NCBI GenBank assembly: GCA_008369845.1
Contig: MRSU01010994.1
Location: 1-42,601, forward strand
DNA length: 42,601 bases
Direction: 5' to 3'
Origin: Trichomonas gallinae
Taxonomy: Eukaryota
A program made the position numbers and the translations under genes. Shown here piece after piece: positions 38,855 to 42,601 of the stretch (within the stretch, counting starts at the first letter, position 1; the number at the start of each line of letters is the position of its first letter). The notes under the pieces are model-generated. The model worked only from the letters and a program-made list of their open reading frames with translations. It was not told the origin of the DNA and made no database searches.

Positions 38855-40705
38855 TTATTTCAAGCTGTTCATCATCATGTATGTGTAGCCTATGAGTGGG
38901 TGAGAAGCATTGATCTCTCTGCAAATAATGACAACACGAGCACTGCCGATCTTATTGATAACTTCTCTGCACGGAAAGCTGTTAGTATCAGACAGTGCCG
39001 CCATTAAGTTATTGGCAGTCGCTTGGTCATCAACGTAAATATATGCCTTCATGGAATTTAATCTGACCAAAAGAGCAGTACCATGCGGAATGGTAGTAAC
39101 ACCGCTGAGCATCATAACTTCACTTGCGGCATTATCAGGATATATTATCCATGCTTCTGGCGCCAAAAATCCGACAAGTTCTTCGACAGAGTGTCCGAAC
39201 ACTAGAGCAGTGTTGATATCGTTCAAAGCTGTTGGTGCGATATTTAGTAGTTGGACAATTCTGCCGCGTCTCGCTGGAACTTGGTTCCTAATATTCGATT
39301 CATTTGCTGAAAGGAATGTCTTTGAAGCGCTTCTTATGGCTTCTGCTCTTGCTGCAAATCCTTCTGGTCGTGTATTAGAAACAGCCCTTGTGATGATTCC
39401 TGCGAGAAGGATATCGTGGTTCATCGTGTTGAAAACATCGACAGACGTGTTTCTCGTGTTCAATCTTAAGTTGATGACTCTTGCGAATCTTTTCATTCTC
39501 GTATCTTCGAATCTAGCAACAATTTGTATGTCTACTGATGCAGGCAAAAAGCTTGTGTTGTAGTCTGCTTCAATGAAGACCGTGTCGCCTGTACAAACGA
39601 CTGGCATTATGTAATGATTTGATGCATCTCTTAAACCTGCTCCGTGGATGTCAATTAGATTAAAACATTGTGGCAAATTGATGACAATCGAGCAATTGTA
39701 GAGATGAGACTGGAATAATCTGTTTACAAAATCTATTGGAATGTCATCAGATTCAGAACGTTTGTAAACCCTTACAAAACCGTACAACATGCACATGTAG
39801 CTGAATAAAGCTGAGAAATCGTTAGTAGATTTCAATGGCTCTATTGCAATGATGTCTGCTGTATCGTAATTTGCTATGGTTCTGTTCGCGAGATCTCTAA
39901 ACTCATCAGGTGAGCTTATTTCACACTCAGAGCAGAGAATAAGTGGATTAACAAGGTCTTCATCGCATATGGTGTGTAAAACTTTCATGATTTCAAGTAA
40001 TGAGTGGCGAACTGGCTGTGGTTTGAGTACTTTGAGCTTTTCTACATATTGATCGAATAAATCCATTTGTTCTGAGAGATTAAATAAGAAGAAATCAGAA
40101 GGTGGGACATGAAAATCATCCAAATCAACGAAAATATTCATTTTGAGTTGATCATCAACTATAGATGGCATAAGTAAGCCATTGTTATATACAAGAATTG
40201 TTGCGTATCCTTCGTCTCTTGTTGAAATTGTTTCATAAACTTTTTCAAGGGTGTTTATGTAAACATCATCAGCGTAAGTTGATTCACTTAACTCAAGGAC
40301 TGCAACAAATATAATATTTCTGTATTCAACTGGTTTTAAATGTTTTGCTTTTTCATCACTGTGAGGAAATCTGCAATCATATACTAATTCTGTCTGTTGT
40401 TGAGGATTTAAAGCGCGTCCATCACGTGGAGTTGCTTGTTTGCCGCAAATATTGCATTTAAAAGATTTTTGGTTTCTACAATCGGAATATGGGTTCGCAA
40501 ATGCTTGACAATAGTTGCAGCGAGATATTGTTTGTATAGTATTGTTCAATTGGACCGGTGCAGCGTTCGGAGGAATTGGAGTTAAACAAAAGAATAAAGG
40601 AGACTTCAATTCGTTATGCAAAGCACGACTATGTGGTAGATATGAGTAAGAACATTGGAGGTATGGATTCTGTTCTGGTTTAGTTGGCTCAAAAGGAAAG
40701 TTCAT
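38855..40705 (-). CDS. Divergent Sec23/Sec24 zinc-finger family protein
   Basis: YLQCSYSYLP...PL....TP, zinc finger RCNYCQAFANPY...FKCNICG, vWA-like trunk (FVAVLELS) and beta-sandwich IQIVARFED...RFARVIN. Confidence 0.82.
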   Translation of the reverse strand: MNFPFEPTKPEQNPYLQCSYSYLPHSRALHNELKSPLFFCLTPIPPNAAPVQLNNTIQTISRCNYCQAFANPYSDCRNQKSFKCNICGKQATPRDGRALNPQQQTELVYDCRFPHSDEKAKHLKPVEYRNIIFVAVLELSESTYADDVYINTLEKVYETISTRDEGYATILVYNNGLLMPSIVDDQLKMNIFVDLDDFHVPPSDFFLFNLSEQMDLFDQYVEKLKVLKPQPVRHSLLEIMKVLHTICDEDLVNPLILCSECEISSPDEFRDLANRTIANYDTADIIAIEPLKSTNDFSALFSYMCMLYGFVRVYKRSESDDIPIDFVNRLFQSHLYNCSIVINLPQCFNLIDIHGAGLRDASNHYIMPVVCTGDTVFIEADYNTSFLPASVDIQIVARFEDTRMKRFARVINLRLNTRNTSVDVFNTMNHDILLAGIITRAVSNTRPEGFAARAEAIRSASKTFLSANESNIRNQVPARRGRIVQLLNIAPTALNDINTALVFGHSVEELVGFLAPEAWIIYPDNAASEVMMLSGVTTIPHGTALLVRLNSMKAYIYVDDQATANNLMAALSDTNSFPCREVINKIGSARVVIICREINASHPLIGYTYMMMNSLK

Positions 40706-41387
40706 AAAAATAAAAAAAGTCTGAAAAAGCTCGAAAATCGTTTAACTTTGGATTTAGCAGTTTTAGACAATATAAAACCTATCTATCATAAAATTTTCCT
40801 ATAAAAAATAAAATTTTAAATTTCAAAAATTAATTTGTAAATTTATACACAAAATTGTGTGCATATTAGATAGAACGCCTAATAGAAACACTAAAACAAA
40901 AAATAAAACTTCATTACAAAATAAGGTTAAATTTAAAATACGTTGAAACAATCATTTCTTTAGATTTGTTGTAATAAGTTGGTAGAATATAAAATACACA
41001 ATACAGATGCAAACATCAATATATATAAATATTAAAAATATTTCATTCTTGATCTAAATTGCGTTCCAAAAGTCGGGTTTGGCCAAAAATTTGATAACTC
41101 TCATAGAATAATTCAATGAGTAGTATTGAAAAATTTGTCACTTATGAAACAACATAGGGGTTTTTACTAGTTTAGAGCTGAGCAGAAATTTTGCCAGAGA
41201 ATATTTTGACATACATTATCTATCAAATGATTAATTGCCTTTACTTATTGAATAACTAATTATTCTCATTTTTCCATATTTATCGTTGTTTCTCAAATAA
41301 TAAAATAACTAAGAACAGTAGCTTTATGGTTATTCAATTCAGGATGTAAACAATCCAGTTAATATATTATTAAAGATTTATAAATAA

Positions 41388-42398
41388 TTAAAATAACAAT
41401 TCTTTTGGAAGTTCGATTGTGCTAACAAACTCGTTTGGAGCTGTTGCGTACTTCTTCCTGATTGCTTGATACCTAGATGCTGCAGTTGAAAGAAGCGAAA
41501 GATGAATCATATTCATTACTGGTGCCAAATCTGATTTCTTGTATGATAACTGCTTCTCGATTTCACTTGTCCACATGGATGCGCTACCTAGAACATGCAT
41601 TGTGTAGCACAATACAGATGCGGCAACTTTTGATGGATTAATCCCGAGGAATTCGTGATCTAATAAAATCGATTCATTCACATAATGAGCGAATCTGTTC
41701 ATTTTCACATCAGCATTTGTGACTATCAGGAATTTGCGAAGGAATTGTGATGCAATAATCGGAATTGTTGAAAATTCAAGTACGTTTAATAATGAATTTT
41801 CCATTCGAAGAAGACCAACAATGCTAAATGAGTCACCAGCAAAGTGCACAAGCTTTTCGCACTTTGGAGGATAGATCTCCTCAGTTTTAGCTGCAAGAAG
41901 AATCGCTGCAGAGCCTAATAGCTGATATTTGCTCTTATCAAGGTCTCTTTCCATCAAATATCTGTCGATATATGATACTGTGTAGTAGAGCGTGTCTGTA
42001 TGCATGTTAAGCTTTTTGTGAACGTCAACAATCCAATCAATCAGAGTAGATCTCATTTTTGATGTAATATTAGATTGGTTTTCGAATATTGTTGGCTGTG
42101 GAAGATTGGTAGATTCGATGCTTTTCATATAGTTGTAAATTTCAAGATCGTATTCGACACAGTCTTGAGCATTTGTCGGATTTCCTACTATTGTTGGGAT
42201 CTTGATGCTTGGGATACCCTTTTCAATAATGGGCTTGGAGTTGAGTATTGATCCTACTCGTGAACTTATCTGGCCTAGAGGCACTCTTGCTGTAGAAATG
42301 TGGCCATTTTCTGATGATCTTGCTGGATGGATGCCATTGGAAGATGTACGTGTTGCTCTTGCTGGCTGAATAAGACCGAGTGCCGGCCTCTGAGTCAT
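41388..42398 (-). CDS. Mitotic cyclin (cyclin B/A-type)
   Basis: N-terminal RxxL destruction boxes; cyclin box MRSTLIDWIVDVH...TLY..V.YIDRY, QLLG....LAAK.EEIYPP, ME..LL..LEF; C-terminal AIRKKYA. Confidence 0.93.
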   Translation of the reverse strand: MTQRPALGLIQPARATRTSSNGIHPARSSENGHISTARVPLGQISSRVGSILNSKPIIEKGIPSIKIPTIVGNPTNAQDCVEYDLEIYNYMKSIESTNLPQPTIFENQSNITSKMRSTLIDWIVDVHKKLNMHTDTLYYTVSYIDRYLMERDLDKSKYQLLGSAAILLAAKTEEIYPPKCEKLVHFAGDSFSIVGLLRMENSLLNVLEFSTIPIIASQFLRKFLIVTNADVKMNRFAHYVNESILLDHEFLGINPSKVAASVLCYTMHVLGSASMWTSEIEKQLSYKKSDLAPVMNMIHLSLLSTAASRYQAIRKKYATAPNEFVSTIELPKELLF

Positions 42399-42601
42399 TT
42401 TTAATTAAATTTTTGTTGATTTTCTAAACGTATATGATCAATCAATTTTGTCTAATAAATATTTACATGTCAAATACTAAAATTCTGATTTGTAAAGTAG
42501 AAAAAATCATTACAAAGGTAATCCGGCAGAAAAATACAACTAAAAATTCTGTGAATTAATAATATAGAATGAGCACATAGTGACCATTAAAATGCTAGAT
42601 T

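Noticed and set aside
8634..40705. Functional gene cluster (trafficking genes; Swi5/Rad1/cyclin)
   Set aside because: Orientations are mixed and these families are common in parabasalid genomes. There is no evidence of co-regulation beyond a generic motif.

Overview
AT-rich, gene-dense, apparently intronless eukaryotic DNA that looks like a Trichomonas-type parabasalid. The evidence is TCAY initiator elements just upstream of ATGs, TAAA stop/poly(A) overlap, AAAGTGAC promoter motifs, a Tom40-type porin, and parabasalid-style ankyrin and glycosyltransferase families. The organism call is inferred, not proven. About 20 intact CDSs are present: SAS6-like, LCMT1, a TMEM181/Wntless-like membrane protein, a syntaxin, a winged-helix-Swi5 protein, OSTC/Ost3-6, a NEK pseudokinase, a GT-like protein, ARM/HEAT proteins, ATG16-like, Rad1, AKT/PKB, Tom40, PACS-like, an HPD-less J-protein, Furry/Tao3-like, Sec23/24-like and cyclin B. 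There are also three pseudogene or fossil regions. Most notable: (1) a full-length PACS-1/2-like sorting protein, a family usually described as metazoan; (2) a ~250-300 bp GC-richer foldback with two ~30-bp arms in the divergent syntaxin/Swi5 intergenic region; (3) a Swi5 carrying a Hop2/Mnd1-like winged helix; (4) an ATG16 retaining an Atg5-binding-like helix; (5) a recurrent TG(A/T/C)CATGTAAA upstream element, in places phased at ~30 bp. No tRNA, rRNA, CRISPR array or transposase ORF was seen. All family calls come from motif recognition by eye, not from database searches.
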